Shown here: positions 46,992 through 60,965 of the stretch, one piece after another
How positions within the stretch are numbered: position 1 is the first letter of the stretch
Layout of the letters: the number at the start of each line of letters is the position of its first letter
Origin: Eledone cirrhosa
Taxonomy: Eukaryota
Reading direction: 5' to 3'
DNA length: 64,000 bases
NCBI GenBank assembly: GCA_964016885.1
Contig: OZ024741.1
Coordinates: forward strand, 194,370,001 to 194,434,000
Notes under the pieces: generated by a model
Told to the model about the DNA's origin: nothing
What the model saw: the letters and a program-made list of their open reading frames with translations, nothing else
Database searches by the model: none
Position numbers and translations under genes: made by a program

Positions 46992-48876
46992 TCGCTATTT
47001 CAGAGCATTTATTCCAATTTCTAATTTCTGCCGGACCGGCAACCGCTCTTTCAAACCAGTTCCAGTACACAGCTAAGTATTCTATAAGTCTCTAGCTGTG
47101 TCATTCTCGATAAAAGCACTGGATATGTAGTCCTGATGAATTCTAACAAGAATGAAACGCGTAGATTACTTCCCTTGCTTTTATCGAGAATCTAATTGTA
47201 ATACGTGACGTATTCCATTCTATAGCGATTAGGTCTTCAAAATGTTTATTATAAACATACAGAATATTTTCGAATATTCTATGTCTATACTCACATATAT
47301 ATCGCTATTTCAGAGCATTTATTCCAATTTCTAATTTCTGCCGGACCGGCAACCGCTCTTTCAAACCAGTTCCAGTACACAGCTAAGTATCTATAAGTCT
47401 CTAGCTGTGTCATTCTCGATAAAAGCACTGGATATGTAGTCCTGATGAATTCTAACAAGAATGAAACGCGTAGATTACTTCCCTTGCTTTTATCGAGAAT
47501 CTAATTGTAATACGTGACGTATTCTATTCTATAGCGATTAGGTCTTCAAAATGTTTATTATAAACATACAGAATATTTTCGAATATTCTATGTCTATACT
47601 CACATATATATCGCTATTTCAGAGCATTTATTCCAATTTCTAATTTCTGCCGGACCGGCAACCGCTCTTTCAAACCAGTTCCAGTACACAGCTAAGTATT
47701 CTATAAGTCTCTAGCTGTGTCATTCTCGATAAAAGCACTGGATATGTAGTCCTGATGAATTCTAACAAGAATGAAACGCGTAGATTACTTCCCTTGCTTT
47801 TATCGAGAATCTAATTGTAATACGTGACGTATTCTATTCTATAGCGATTAGGTCTTCAAAATGTTTATTATAAACATACAGAATATTTTCGAATATTCTA
47901 TGTCTATACTCACATATATATCGCTATTTCAGAGCATTTATTCCAATTTCTAATTTCTGCCGGACCGGCAACCGCTCTTTCAAACCAGTTCCAGTACACA
48001 GCTAAGTATTCTATAAGTCTCTAGCTGTGTCATTCTCGATAAAAGCACTGGATATGTAGTCCTGATGAATTCTAACAAGAATGAAACGCGTAGATTACTT
48101 CCCTTGCTTTTATCGAGAATCTAATTGTAATACGTGACGTATTCTATTCTATAGCGATTAGGTCTTCAAAATGTTTATTATAAACATACAGAATATTTTC
48201 GAATATTCTATGTCTATACTCACATATATATCGCTATTTCAGAGCATTTTTCCAATTTCTAATTTCTGCCGGACCGGCAACCGCTCTTTCAAACCAGTTC
48301 CAGTACACAGCTAAGTATTCTATAAGTCTCTAGCTGTGTCATTCTCGATAAAAGCACTGGATATGTAGTCCTGATGAATTCTAACAAGAATGAAACGCGT
48401 AGATTACTTCCCTTGCTTTTATCGAGAATCTAATTGTAATACGTGACGTATTCTATTCTATAGCGATTAGGTCTTCAAAATGTTTATTATAAACATACAG
48501 AATATTTTCGAATATTCTATGTCTATACTCACATATATATCGCTATTTCAGAGCATTTATTCCAATTTCTAATTTCTGCCGGACCGGCAACCGCTCTTTC
48601 AAACCAGTTCCAGTACACAGCTAAGTATTCTATAAGTCTCTAGCTGTGTCATTCTCGATAAAAGCACTGGATATGTAGTCCTGATGAATTCTAACAAGAA
48701 TGAAACGCGTAGATTACTTCCCTTGCTTTTATCGAGAATCTAATTGTAATACGTGACGTATTCTATTCTATAGCGATTAGGTCTTCAAAATGTTTATTAT
48801 AAACATACAGAATATTTTCGAATATTCTATGTCTATACTCACATATATATCGCTATTTCAGAGCATTTATTCCAAT
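46992..48876 (+). mobile_element. Tandem array of 310-bp HHR-containing units (6 full plus 25-bp partial); non-LTR retrozyme-like
   Basis: Unit starts 46992, 47302, 47611, 47921, 48231, 48540, 48850; CTGATGA at 47133, 47442, 47752, 48062, 48371, 48681. Confidence 0.92.
47103..47191 (+). ncRNA. Type I hammerhead ribozyme (first of six); GUA, cleavage after 47163
   Basis: GTAGTC-CTGATGA-ATTCT AACA AGAAT-GAAA-CGCG-TA-GATTAC; distal 16-bp helix ATTCTCGATAAAAGCA/TGCTTTTATCGAGAAT. Confidence 0.92.
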
Positions 48877-48889
48877 ATATATATATATT

Positions 48890-48936
<47 letters not shown>

Positions 48937-49169
48937 GTATATATATATATATATATTTGTGTATATATATATATATATATATTTGTGTATATATATATAT
49001 ATATATATATATTTGTGTATATATATATATATATATATTTGTGTATATATATATATATATATATTTGTGTATATATATATATATATATATATATTTGTGT
49101 ATATATATATATATATAATTGTGTATATATATATATATATTTGTGTATATATATATATATATATTTGTG

Positions 49170-49763
49170 TATCATCATCATCATCATCAACGTTTAACGT
49201 CCGTGTTCCACGCTTGCATGGGTTTGGACGGGGGTAGTCCCACTTGAGGCAAGAGTGATTGTCTTGCTCGCATAGGACTGTCTGGCAGGTTTTCTACAGT
49301 TGGATGCCCTTCCTAACACCAACCACATTTACAGTGTGGGTCTGGGAGGTTTTTACCGTGTTGCCTACACGGCCACATTACAGCGTGGACTGTGTGTTTT
49401 TTTTGTCGTGATACCTACACGATCTCATTTGTTTCGGCCTCGATGGCGCGGCACCAACATAACTTTACATAGAACGGGGTGGTGTGGATGGGGTGGGGGT
49501 GGTGGTGGTGGGACGGGGTGTATTTTGTTAGAGATGCCTACTGGCTGGAGTAGGTTTTACTATATATTTAGGTAAGGCGGGTCTTCTCTGTTACTGAGTA
49601 CCGCCAAAGGTCTCGGTCCAGTGACATCGTCTTGGAGAGGTGTAAGTGTGTGATGTCGGAGTTTATCAGCTCGTCCCAGGTTTTTCTAGGTCTGCCTATT
49701 CCGTGACTACCGTCTATCTTTATTGCCCTGCACTTTGTTATACAGCTATCGACTTTCATGCGC
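49170..49763 (-). mobile_element. RTE LINE 3' end
   Basis: [19 protein letters not shown]; highly similar to 31714-32285. Confidence 0.88.
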
Positions 49764-50283
49764 ATATATATATATATATATTTGTGTATATATATATATA
49801 TTTGTGTATATATATATATATTTGTGTATATATATATATATATATATATATTTGTGAATATATATATATATATATTCTGTATATGTATATATATATTTGT
49901 ATATGTATATATATATATATTTGTATATGTATATATATATATATTTGTATATATATATATATATATATTTGTATATATATATATATATATATATTTGTAT
50001 ATATATATATATATATATTTGTATATATATATATATATTTGTTTATATATATATATATTTGTATATATATATATATATATATATTTGTATATATATATAT
50101 ATATTTGTTTATATATATATATATATTTGTATATATATATATATATATTTGTATATATATATATATATATTTGTATATATATATATATATATATATATTT
50201 GTATATATATATATATATTTGTTTATATATATATATATTTGTTTATATATATATATATTTGTATATATATATATATATTTGTT

Positions 50284-50631
<348 letters not shown>

Positions 50632-50700
50632 TGTGTATATATATATATATATATGTGTATATATATATAAATATATATATATATTTGTGTATATATATAT

Positions 50701-50732
<32 letters not shown>

Positions 50733-50780
50733 TGTGTATATATATATTTCTGTATATATATATGTATATATATATATATT

Positions 50781-50865
<85 letters not shown>

Positions 50866-51058
50866 ATAACATATATATATATATATATTTGTGTATATAT
50901 ATATATAAATATATATATATTTGTGTATATATATATATATAAATATATATATATATTTGTGTATAATATATATAAATATATATATATATTTGTGTATATA
51001 TATATATAAATATATATATATATATTTGTGAATATATATATATATATATATATTTATT

Positions 51059-51089
<31 letters not shown>

Positions 51090-51159
51090 TGTGTATATAT
51101 ATATACTATATATATTTGTGTAATATATATATATATATTTGTCTATATATATATTTCTG

Positions 51160-51198
<39 letters not shown>

Positions 51199-51429
51199 TT
51201 GTGTATATATATATATATATTTGTGTATATATATATATATATTGTGTATATATATATATATATTTGTGTGTATATATATATATATATTTGTGTATATATA
51301 CTATATATATTTGTGTGTATATATATATATATTTGTGAGTATATATATATATATATTTGTGTATATATATATATATATATTTGTGTATATATATATATAT
51401 ATATTTGTGTATATATATATATATATATT

Positions 51430-51479
<50 letters not shown>

Positions 51480-52396
51480 CATATTTGTGTATATATATCT
51501 ATATATATTTGTGTGTATATATATATATATATTTGTGTATATATATCATATATATTTGTGTATATATATATATATATATTTGTGTATATATATATATATA
51601 TTTGTGTATATATATATATATATGTGTATATATATATATATATTTGTGTATATATATATATATATATTTGAGTGTATATATAAATCTAATAGTATATATA
51701 TATAATATATTATATCTATATCTCTATATAACTATATATACTCCCCATATATATATATATATATATATATATTTGTGTATCTCTATCATAATATATACTC
51801 TATACTCTATATATATGTCTCACTACTCTATCTACTCACTACTATATACTATATATATGTACTATATATATCTCAATTTACTACTCTCTACTCATATATA
51901 TATATCACTCCTACTCTACTCTATATATATACTCTACTACTATACTCAAATATTTGAGTACTATCTACTACTACTCAAATAGTGTACACACACTCACTCT
52001 AATATACTCTCTACACACAATATATATACTATCTCTGCTCTCTATCACTACTCTATATATACTAATTTGCTGTAATATATACTATATATATACTCTTGTG
52101 TATCTATATACTATATATATACTACTACTATCTCTACTCTATATATATATAGTACTCTCACTATATATACTCACTATATATACTCTCACTATATATACTC
52201 TCTATATACTCACTACTCACTACTATATATATATACTCTGCTACTCTATACTCTATATATATATACTGCTACTACTACTATATATATACTCTATTTGTGT
52301 ACTACTATATATACTCACTACTACTCTATCTATACTATATATAATGTGTACTCATATATCTATATATATATTTGTGTATATATATATATATATATA

Positions 52397-53971
52397 TCGC
52401 TATTTCAGAGCATTTATTCCAATTTCTAATTTCTGCCGGACCGGCAACCGCTCTTTCAAACCAGTTCCAGTCCACAGCTAAGTATTCTATAAGTCTCTAG
52501 CTGTGTCATTCTCGATAAAAGCACTGGATATGTAGTCCTGATGAATTCTAACAAGAATGAAACGCGTAGATTACTTCCCTTGCTTTTATCGAGAATCTAA
52601 TTGTAATACGTGACGTATTCCATTCTATAGCGATTAGGTCTTCAAAATGTTTATTATAAACATACAGAATATTTTCGAATATTCTATGTCTATACTCACA
52701 TATATATCGCTATTTCAGAGCATTTATTCCAATTTCTAATTTCTGCCGGACCGGCAACCGCTCTTTCAAACCAGTTCCAGTACACAGCTAAGTATTCTAT
52801 AAGTCTCTAGCTGTGTCATTCTCGATAAAAGCACTGGATATGTAGTCCTGATGAATTCTAACAAGAATGAAACGCGTAGATTACTTCCCTTGCTTTTATC
52901 GAGAATCTAATTGTAATACGTGACGTATTCTATTCTATAGCGATTAGGTCTTCAAAATGTTTATTATAAACATACAGAATATTTTCGAATATTCTATGTC
53001 TATACTCACATATATATCGCTATTTCAGAGCATTTATTCCAATTTCTAATTTCTGCCGGACCGGCAACCGCTCTTTCAAACCAGTTCCAGTACACAGCTA
53101 AGTATTCTATAAGTCTCTAGCTGTGTCATTCTCGATAAAAGCACTGGATATGTAGTCCTGATGAATTCTAACAAGAATGAAACGCGTAGATTACTTCCCT
53201 TGCTTTTATCGAGAATCTAATTGTAATACGTGACGTATTCTATTCTATAGCGATTAGGTCTTCAAAATGTTTATTATAAACATACAGAATATTTTCGAAT
53301 ATTCTATGTCTATACTCACATATATATCGCTATTTCAGAGCATTTATTCCAATTCTAATTTCTGCCGGACCGGCAACCGCTCTTTCAAACCAGTTCCAGT
53401 ACACAGCTAAGTATTCTATAAGTCTCTAGCTGTGTCATTCTCGATAAAAGCACTGGATATGTAGTCCTGATGAATTCTAACAAGAATGAAACGCGTAGAT
53501 TACTTCCCTTGCTTTTATCGAGAATCTAATTGTAATACGTGACGTATTCTATTCTATAGCGATTAGGTCTTCAAAATGTTTATTATAAACATACAGAATA
53601 TTTTCGAATATTCTATGTCTATACTCACATATATATCGCTATTTCAGAGCATTTTTCCAATTTCTAATTTCTGCCGGACCGGCAACCGCTCTTTCAAACC
53701 AGTTCCAGTACACAGCTAAGTATTCTATAAGTCTCTAGCTGTGTCATTCTCGATAAAAGCACTGGATATGTAGTCCTGATGAATTCTAACAAGAATGAAA
53801 CGCGTAGATTACTTCCCTTGCTTTTATCGAGAATCTAATTGTAATACGTGACGTATTCTATTCTATAGCGATTAGGTCTTCAAAATGTTTATTATAAACA
53901 TACAGAATATTTTCGAATATTCTATGTCTATACTCACATATATATCGCTATTTCAGAGCATTTATTCCAAT
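52397..53971 (+). mobile_element. Second 310-bp retrozyme-like array (5 full plus partial)
   Basis: Unit starts 52397, 52707, 53017, 53327, 53636, 53945; CTGATGA at 52538, 52848, 53158, 53467, 53776. Confidence 0.88.
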
Positions 53972-53993
53972 ATATATATATATTTGTGTATAT

Positions 53994-54026
<33 letters not shown>

Positions 54027-54264
54027 TTGTGTATATATATATATATATATTTGTGTATATATATATATATATATATTTGTGTATATATATATATATATAT
54101 ATATATTTGTGTATATATATATATATATATATTTGTGTATATATATATATATATATATTTGTGTATATATATATATATATATATATATTTGTGTATATAT
54201 ATATATATATAATTGTGTATATATATATATATATTTGTGTATATATATATATATATATTTGTGT

Positions 54265-54857
54265 ATCATCATCATCATCATCAACGTTTAACGTCCGTGT
54301 TCCACGCTTGCATGGGTTTGGACGGGGGTAGTCCCACTTGAGGCAAGAGTGATTGTCTTGCTCGCATAGGACTGTCTGGCAGGTTTTCTACAGTTGGATG
54401 CCCTTCCTAACACCAACCACATTTACAGTGTGGGTCTGGGAGGTTTTTACCGTGTTGCCTACACGGCCACATTACAGCGTGGACTGTGTGTTTTTTTTGT
54501 CGTGATACCTACACGATCTCATTTGTTTCGGCCTCGATGGCGCGGCACCAACATAACTTTACATAGAACGGGGTGGTGTGGATGGGGTGGGGGTGGTGGT
54601 GGTGGGACGGGGTGTATTTTGTTAGAGATGCCTACTGGCTGGAGTAGGTTTTACTATATATTTAGGTAAGGCGGGTCTTCTCTGTTACTGAGTACCGCCA
54701 AAGGTCTCGGTCCAGTGACATCGTCTTGGAGAGGTGTAAGTGTGTGATGTCGGAGTTTATCAGCTCGTCCCAGGTTTTTCTAGGTCTGCCTATTCCGTGA
54801 CTACCGTCTATCTTTATTGCCCTGCACTTTGTTATACAGCTATCGACTTTCATGCGC
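54265..54857 (-). mobile_element. RTE LINE 3' end (duplicate of 49170-49763)
   Basis: Essentially identical sequence and breakpoint. Confidence 0.88.
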
Positions 54858-55371
54858 ATATATATATATATATATTTGTGTATATATATATATATATTTG
54901 TGTATATATATATATTTGTGTATATATATATAATATATATATATATTTGTGAATATATATATATATATATTTGTATATGTATATATATATTTGTATATGT
55001 ATATATATATATATTTGTATATGTATATATATATATTTGTATATATATATATATATATATTTGTATATATATATATATATATATATTTGTATATATATAT
55101 ATATATATATTTGTATATATATATATATATTTGTTTATATATATATATATTTGTATATATATATATATATATATTTGTATATATATATATATATTTGTTT
55201 ATATATATATATATATTTGTATATATATATATATATATTTGTATATATATATATATATTTGTATATATATATATATATATATATTTGTATATATATATAT
55301 ATATTTGTTTATATATATATATATTTGTTTATATATATATATATATTTGTATATATATATATATATTTGTT

Positions 55372-55503
<132 letters not shown>

Positions 55504-55781
55504 TATATATATATATATATATATATTTGTTTATATATATATATATTTGTTTATATATATATATATTTGTTTATATATATATATATATATATTTGTTTAT
55601 ATATATATATATATATTTGTGTATATATATATATATATATTAAATTGTTAAACAATATTCAATGATTATGTCAAAGAATGAGTTTTACAGTAGATTGGAA
55701 GCACTCAACGGTAAAATAATTTTCTAGAGTTATTAATATTAAAACATAAGTATTAATAAAATAGATGTTCTTTTGATAAAT

Positions 55782-55840
55782 TACATTTTATTATACATAT
55801 TTTGGATGTACAACAGTACGTCCTCATCAGACAAAATATA
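55782..55840 (-). ncRNA. Decayed type I hammerhead (G12>A)
   Basis: TATATTTTGT-CTGATGA-GGACGTAC TGTT GTACATCC-AAAA-TATGTA-TA-ATAAAATGTA. Confidence 0.65.
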
Positions 55841-56050
55841 ATGATACATGACATACCTTGAGATGTTAAATGGTTAAGATTTAATCAAGGTAGTGATTAC
55901 CCCGAGAGAAAATTTTACTTATATCCTATTTATTTCTCATAAATAGGATATAAGTAAAATTTTCTCTCGGGTTAATCACTACCTTGATTAAATCTTAACC
56001 ATTTAACCTCTCAAGGTATGTCATGTATCATTATATTTTGTCTGATGAGG
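55822..56050. repeat. Palindrome (~109-bp arms) ending in CTGATGAGG on both strands
   Basis: CCTCATCAGACAAAA...ATATCCTATTT pairs with AAATAGGATAT...TTTTGTCTGATGAGG. Confidence 0.9.
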
Positions 56051-57170
56051 TCCCTGGAAGGTGATGTGAGGGCAAGTGTGGCAGCAGGATCGGAAGCAGG
56101 GGAGGGATCTGGAGGAAGAATTGGAAGGAGGAAAGGCGCTGCAGATGAGGAAGTTCTGGAGGAGGTTGTGTGCGCTTGAAAGAGGGGAGAGGTGAGTGTA
56201 GTGAGACTGGGGAGGTGGAAGGCTCTGATCGGAGGTGGCGGAAGAGCTGAAGACAGTCCGCTGGAGGGGCAGAGTGGCAGGGTGGTAGGTGAGGGGGAAA
56301 GGGTGACTGTGGGTGGGGTGATGGAAGTGGTGCAGTGGATGTCACAAGCAGGGGTGAAGATGGTCAAAGGAGGAGGTAACCTCTCTGAGTGAAATGGTTT
56401 GCCAAATAAAGGACCTGGGTCTCAAATTCGTCAGTTCGACTGCAAAGGCGGGGGAGTCAGAGAAATTGGGAGTAGGGGATGGAGTGTATGGTGTGGGTGG
56501 AGTGGGAGCAGGGGAAAATCGAGATAGGAGTGGGAGTGAGTGGGTTTAAAGAAGGCAGAGGCGATGAGTGAGTGGTGTGAGGGGTTGATGGAGATGGAGA
56601 TGTCCAAGAAGTGAACAGAGGTGGTGAAGTCGAGGGTGGGGTGAAAAGAGCAGAGGAAAGACAGAAAGGTGTCAAGCTGTTCTCGGGTGAGTGAAGTGGT
56701 ATTGATATATTTGTCAATATAACGACTGTATAGCTCAGGGATGGGGTCAGTGTATTGGGAAAAGATTTGTGCCTCAACATGGATGACGAAAAGGTTGGCA
56801 TAGTTAGGGCCCATTATTGTACCCATGATCACCTCAGTAACCTGTTGGTAGAATTCACCCGAGGAGGAAAAGCAGTTGAGGGTGAGGACCAGCTTGGCAA
56901 GGCGAATGAGGAAATGGAGGGTAGGGGGTAGGTCAAGGTAGTGTTGAAAGGCATGGGGGATGGCGGTATTGAGGGATTTAATATCTAGGGTGAAGAGGCG
57001 GGTGGGTGGACCGGGTGGAAAGGTGAAAGAGTCCGAAAAGATGATTACAAGGGGAGCCAGAATAGAATCAAGGAAAGTGTATAGTAGTTCAGTGGGGCAG
57101 TTACAGGCAGAGACGATGGAGCGGTCAGGGGGTATCAAGTTTGTGGATTTGGGGCAAAGATTGTAGAAAA
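56051..57170 (-). mobile_element. Penelope-like element reverse transcriptase (decayed)
   Basis: RSIVSAC, FTLDIKSLNTAIPH, FYQQVTEVIMGTIMGPNYANLF, RYID, VHFLDI, KPTHSHSYL, HTIHSIPYSQFL. Confidence 0.88.
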
Positions 57171-58035
57171 TGATGTGTAAGGGACTTGCTCTATGTATAG
57201 GAGCAAATTTTGGAATAGGATAAAGAGAACAAAGAAGACAAATAAAACAAATAAGCCATTTCGGATTACATGAGAGTCAACATACTAATTGCGGACTTAG
57301 TAAGAGTGATGAAGAATGTGTCCCACGAGTGCAATCCTAAAGAATTAGGGTGACACATACAACACTTCATTCGCCGCATGCAGTTCTCTGGCTATAATCA
57401 GAGAGACAGGAGTTAATATGATTTTAATAACCTCTGTCATTTTTGTTCAACAAATTTATTCTTAACTCCGAAGCTGAGGATCATTTGGTTGCCTAAATAG
57501 AATATTAATCTAATGACTCCATTTATACCATAAACGTGGTTTTGTCTTTGCGTGTAATTGTTCTCATCGCTCCACATAATGACGTATTATCTTCACTTTT
57601 TTCAGTTCATTGCCAGGGAACGTCTTCACGAACCAAAGTATCATCTTCCTGTTTTCCTTCGGTTGCAACGTTTTTGAAATATTTACTTCTGCATTCACAG
57701 ATTGATTTTTTTAGTTTCAGAAGATCTCGTTAAGCATGAAAGCAGCGATTCTTTGCTTAAATTTTAATCTGTTATTTTAATAAATATATATATATATATA
57801 ATGTGGAAAACGAATAGAGTGCTCAACCGACATACCGCCTATGGACTCATCCTAGCAACCATATGACATATATATATATATACATATATCATCATCATCA
57901 CCGTTTTACGTCCGTTCTTCCACGCTAGCATGGGTTAGACAGGTTGTCCTGTTGTGGGCAGTGTCTGGTCGGCTGACCATGCCTTGCTCATACAGGAACT
58001 GATTTGGCTTGATTTCTACAGCTGGATGCCCTTCC

Positions 58036-58261
58036 ATCAGACCCCTTGTAATATTAATAGAAAAAAAAAAAAATTACCATTACAAGGGGTCTGATGAGCC
58101 ACGTATTACAGAGTCGGGTCAGATCGATACAGATCGAACCTTGAGCTGATCAGTATTATTTCACTATAATACACTGTCTAGCTCTACACCTCGGCACTGA
58201 AGTCAACCTAAACATTGAGTGCTCACCCAGGTGAACCTACAGTAACTCCAAGTTACACTCC

Positions 58262-58265
<4 letters not shown>
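58036..58265 (+). repeat. PLE-terminal-like repeat with a small inverted repeat ending in CTGATG
   Basis: CATCAGACCCCTTGTAAT/ATTACAAGGGGTCTGATG; downstream sequence shared with 6380-6630. Confidence 0.55.
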
Positions 58266-58297
<32 letters not shown>

Positions 58298-58517
58298 GAA
58301 TAATCAAGAATCGGAATATCAGCCCACGAAATCACGATAAACAATATCCGACATGTGTGGCAGAGGGCTCAATAATTTGGATAAATCAGAGCTATAACCA
58401 TCGTTAAATTACCAACACAGAGATTATGCCTAAAATCACCCGTGCAGCCGAAAAAGAATGATCAGGAAGATTCGGGTCACTCAAATAAAATATCAATAAA
58501 TTAATAAATTAAATGAA

Positions 58518-58563
<46 letters not shown>

Positions 58564-58570
58564 TATTATA

Positions 58571-59417
58571 CTACTATTAGCCGCTAAAGGGTTCTCTCTA
58601 AAAATGAAAGGCAGGCTGTATGATGCCTGCATACGAACAGCAATGTTACATGGCAGTGAGACCTGGGCATTGTGTGCAGAGGATATACGCAGACTGGAGA
58701 GGAACGAAGCTTGCATTCTCCACTGGATGTGTAACAGTAATATACGTGAACAGCAAAGCATAAACGAACTAAGGGAAAAATTAGAAATAAGAGGATCAGA
58801 TGTTGTTTACTCGAGAGAAGACTACGTTGGTATGGTCATGTGATGCGCATGAAAGACGACAGCTGTATAAAAAAGTGCAGGGCAATAAAAATAGACGGTA
58901 GCCACGGAGTAGGCAGACCCAGAAAAACCTGGGACGACTTGATAAATTCAGACCTCACACACTTACACCTCACCAAGACAATGTCACTGGACCGAGATCT
59001 TTGGCACTACACAGTAATACAGAAGACCCGCCTTACCTAAGTACAAAGTGAAACCTACTACAGTCAGTAGGCACCTCTAACAAAAATACACCCCCATCCC
59101 ACTACCCCCACCTCATCCACACCACCCCTTTCAATGTAAAGTTATGTTGGTACCACAACATCCAGTCCGAAACAAATGCGGTCATGTAGGTGTCACGACA
59201 AAAAAAAACACACAGTCCACGCTGTAATGTGGCTGTGTAGGTAACACGATAAAAACCTCCCAGTCCCACACTGTAAACGTGGTTGGTATTAGGAAGGGCA
59301 TCCAGCCGTAGAAAACTCGCCAGACAGTCCTATGCGAGCAAGACAGTGGGAAAACTCCCGTCCAAACTCATGCAAGCGTGGAAGATAGACGTTAAACGAT
59401 GATGATGATGATGATGA
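58571..59417 (+). mobile_element. RTE LINE 3' fragment
   Basis: LHGSETW, GRPRKTW, (GAT)n tail; same family as 31714-33110. Confidence 0.88.
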
Positions 59418-59434
59418 TTATACACATACATATA

Positions 59435-59760
59435 CAAGGGTGCATATTGTCACCTCTCCTGTTCATTATTTACATGAACAGGATTGACATGCGCAGCTGG
59501 GTTGTAAGTGGTATGACGGCTAGCAGGTGTAAAATCAGTCGGCTGGAATTTTCAGATGACATGGTGTTACTTAACTCAACAGAAGATCTCCAACTTGCAC
59601 TTGATAGGTTTGATGCCAAGTGCTACATGGCTGGAATGAAAATCAGTGCTGTGAAAACAGACACTCATTCTCTCAAGGAAGCTTGCACAGTGAACTCTAC
59701 ATATGAATGGAGTTCCACTGATCAGGTAGAGAAGTTTAAGTATCTCGGAGCCATGTTCAG
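59435..59760 (+). mobile_element. RTE-type RT fragment
   Basis: QGCILSPLLF, FSDD, GMKISAVKT, FKYLG. Confidence 0.75.
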
Positions 59761-59769
59761 GTTGATATG

Positions 59770-60965
59770 TGGCTTGTGTTTCAGGAAATGAGGCGTAAAG
59801 GTCAGATTTCACTTGTGCTGCAATGATACTCACAAAAAGCTTGTAAAACATGACTGATAGGACAATAGTTCCTACAATCAAGTCTGCTACCTTCTTAAAC
59901 ATGTCTGGACTTTTTCCTGCAGTGACAATACAGTTAAAAAGATGTTGAAGTGCTTTGATAATTGGTTCTCTTCAAGCTTTGATGAGTATATGCTGTCCAG
60001 TCCAGGGCTTTTTCCTCCCTTCACATTTTTGATGGCATGAGATAGATGGGCATCTGATGTCAAATCATGAATGGTTGTTGGTTCTGAGTTGCTGAAGTAC
60101 AATTCCTCATAGAATTTACCCCAAGGATATCATCCTTGGAAGTAAAAAAAAAAAAAGTCTGTCTTAAGCCAGAGGGCTCATTTGGCTGGTGCTTATCCCG
60201 GTTTCATAGCGTGAAGCGACTGAGAGTACAAGACTCCCCCCTGGACAGGACGCCAGTCCATCACAGGGTTAAACCTCCAGCTATTGCTGGTAGTCATTTC
60301 CAGCTGAGTATACTGGAGCAACGTGAAATGAAGTGTTTTGTTCAAGAACACAACACGCAACCCAGGAATCGAGCCCACAACATTATGGTCGTAAGTCCAA
60401 CACCCTTACCATTAGGCCACATGCCTCCACCCTTGGAAGTAAGGATAGTATCATTTGAATCTTTAACGCCCCAGCTAAGATTTCTTGGTTTAGTCTTTAG
60501 TTTCTTCAGAACAGCATGATATAACCTGTTGGGTGGCAGGTTATTCAGTTCCTCGATGTTGTTGTACATTTGCTTAAGTTTGTCTGATTTAACGAGTTTT
60601 TTTTATTCAGCCTTTGCTATTCTATATTGGGCTGATGTGTGGCCACATTCTCTTCTGATTCTATGTTTTTCAGATATTGCTGTCTTTGTTTGTTGTGATA
60701 TCCACTGTGGGATGGAAAGGCTTTCCTTAGGTAAAATCTCTTCAGATACCTCTTTTATGCCTCTGTAGATAGTATCATAAATCTTGTTGGAATCTTCATC
60801 AGATGGCAAAGCTGAAAAGTGGTTTTGCAACTCGAGTTTAAATGAGTTTGCTGTTTCGTTACATGAGAGTTTGTCTAAGTTAACTTTTGACAGTATTTTA
60901 GTTATTTGTGGCCAAACAAGTTGATACGAAATCTTGTGCATACCATACGATGGTCAGATATATCA
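59770..60965 (-). mobile_element. RTE LINE fragment interrupted by a SINE
   Basis: SDHRMV, FKLELQNHFSAL, WISQQT, AIKNVKGGKSPGLDSI. Confidence 0.75.
60146..60430 (-). mobile_element. tRNA-derived SINE (family-B-like head, V-domain-like body) with 12-bp TSD
   Basis: GGAGGCATGTGGCCTAATGG head; GATGGACTGGCGTCCTGTCCAGGGG; TSD CCTTGGAAGTAA at 60134-60145 and 60431-60442. Confidence 0.8.

Noticed and set aside
46992-48876. CRISPR array or plain satellite interpretation of the 310-bp repeats
   Set aside because: Whole units are identical with no unique spacers and no cas genes, in a eukaryotic context; the HHR explains the structure.
51700-52370. CT/TAC-rich unusual low-complexity stretch with an ORF
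   Set aside because: Looks like error-rich consensus of a TA tract between duplicated blocks.
57240-57760. Unique-looking sequence as a possible upstream exon of the AK gene
   Set aside because: Stops interrupt the minus-strand frames I read and there is no recognisable motif or splice pair.
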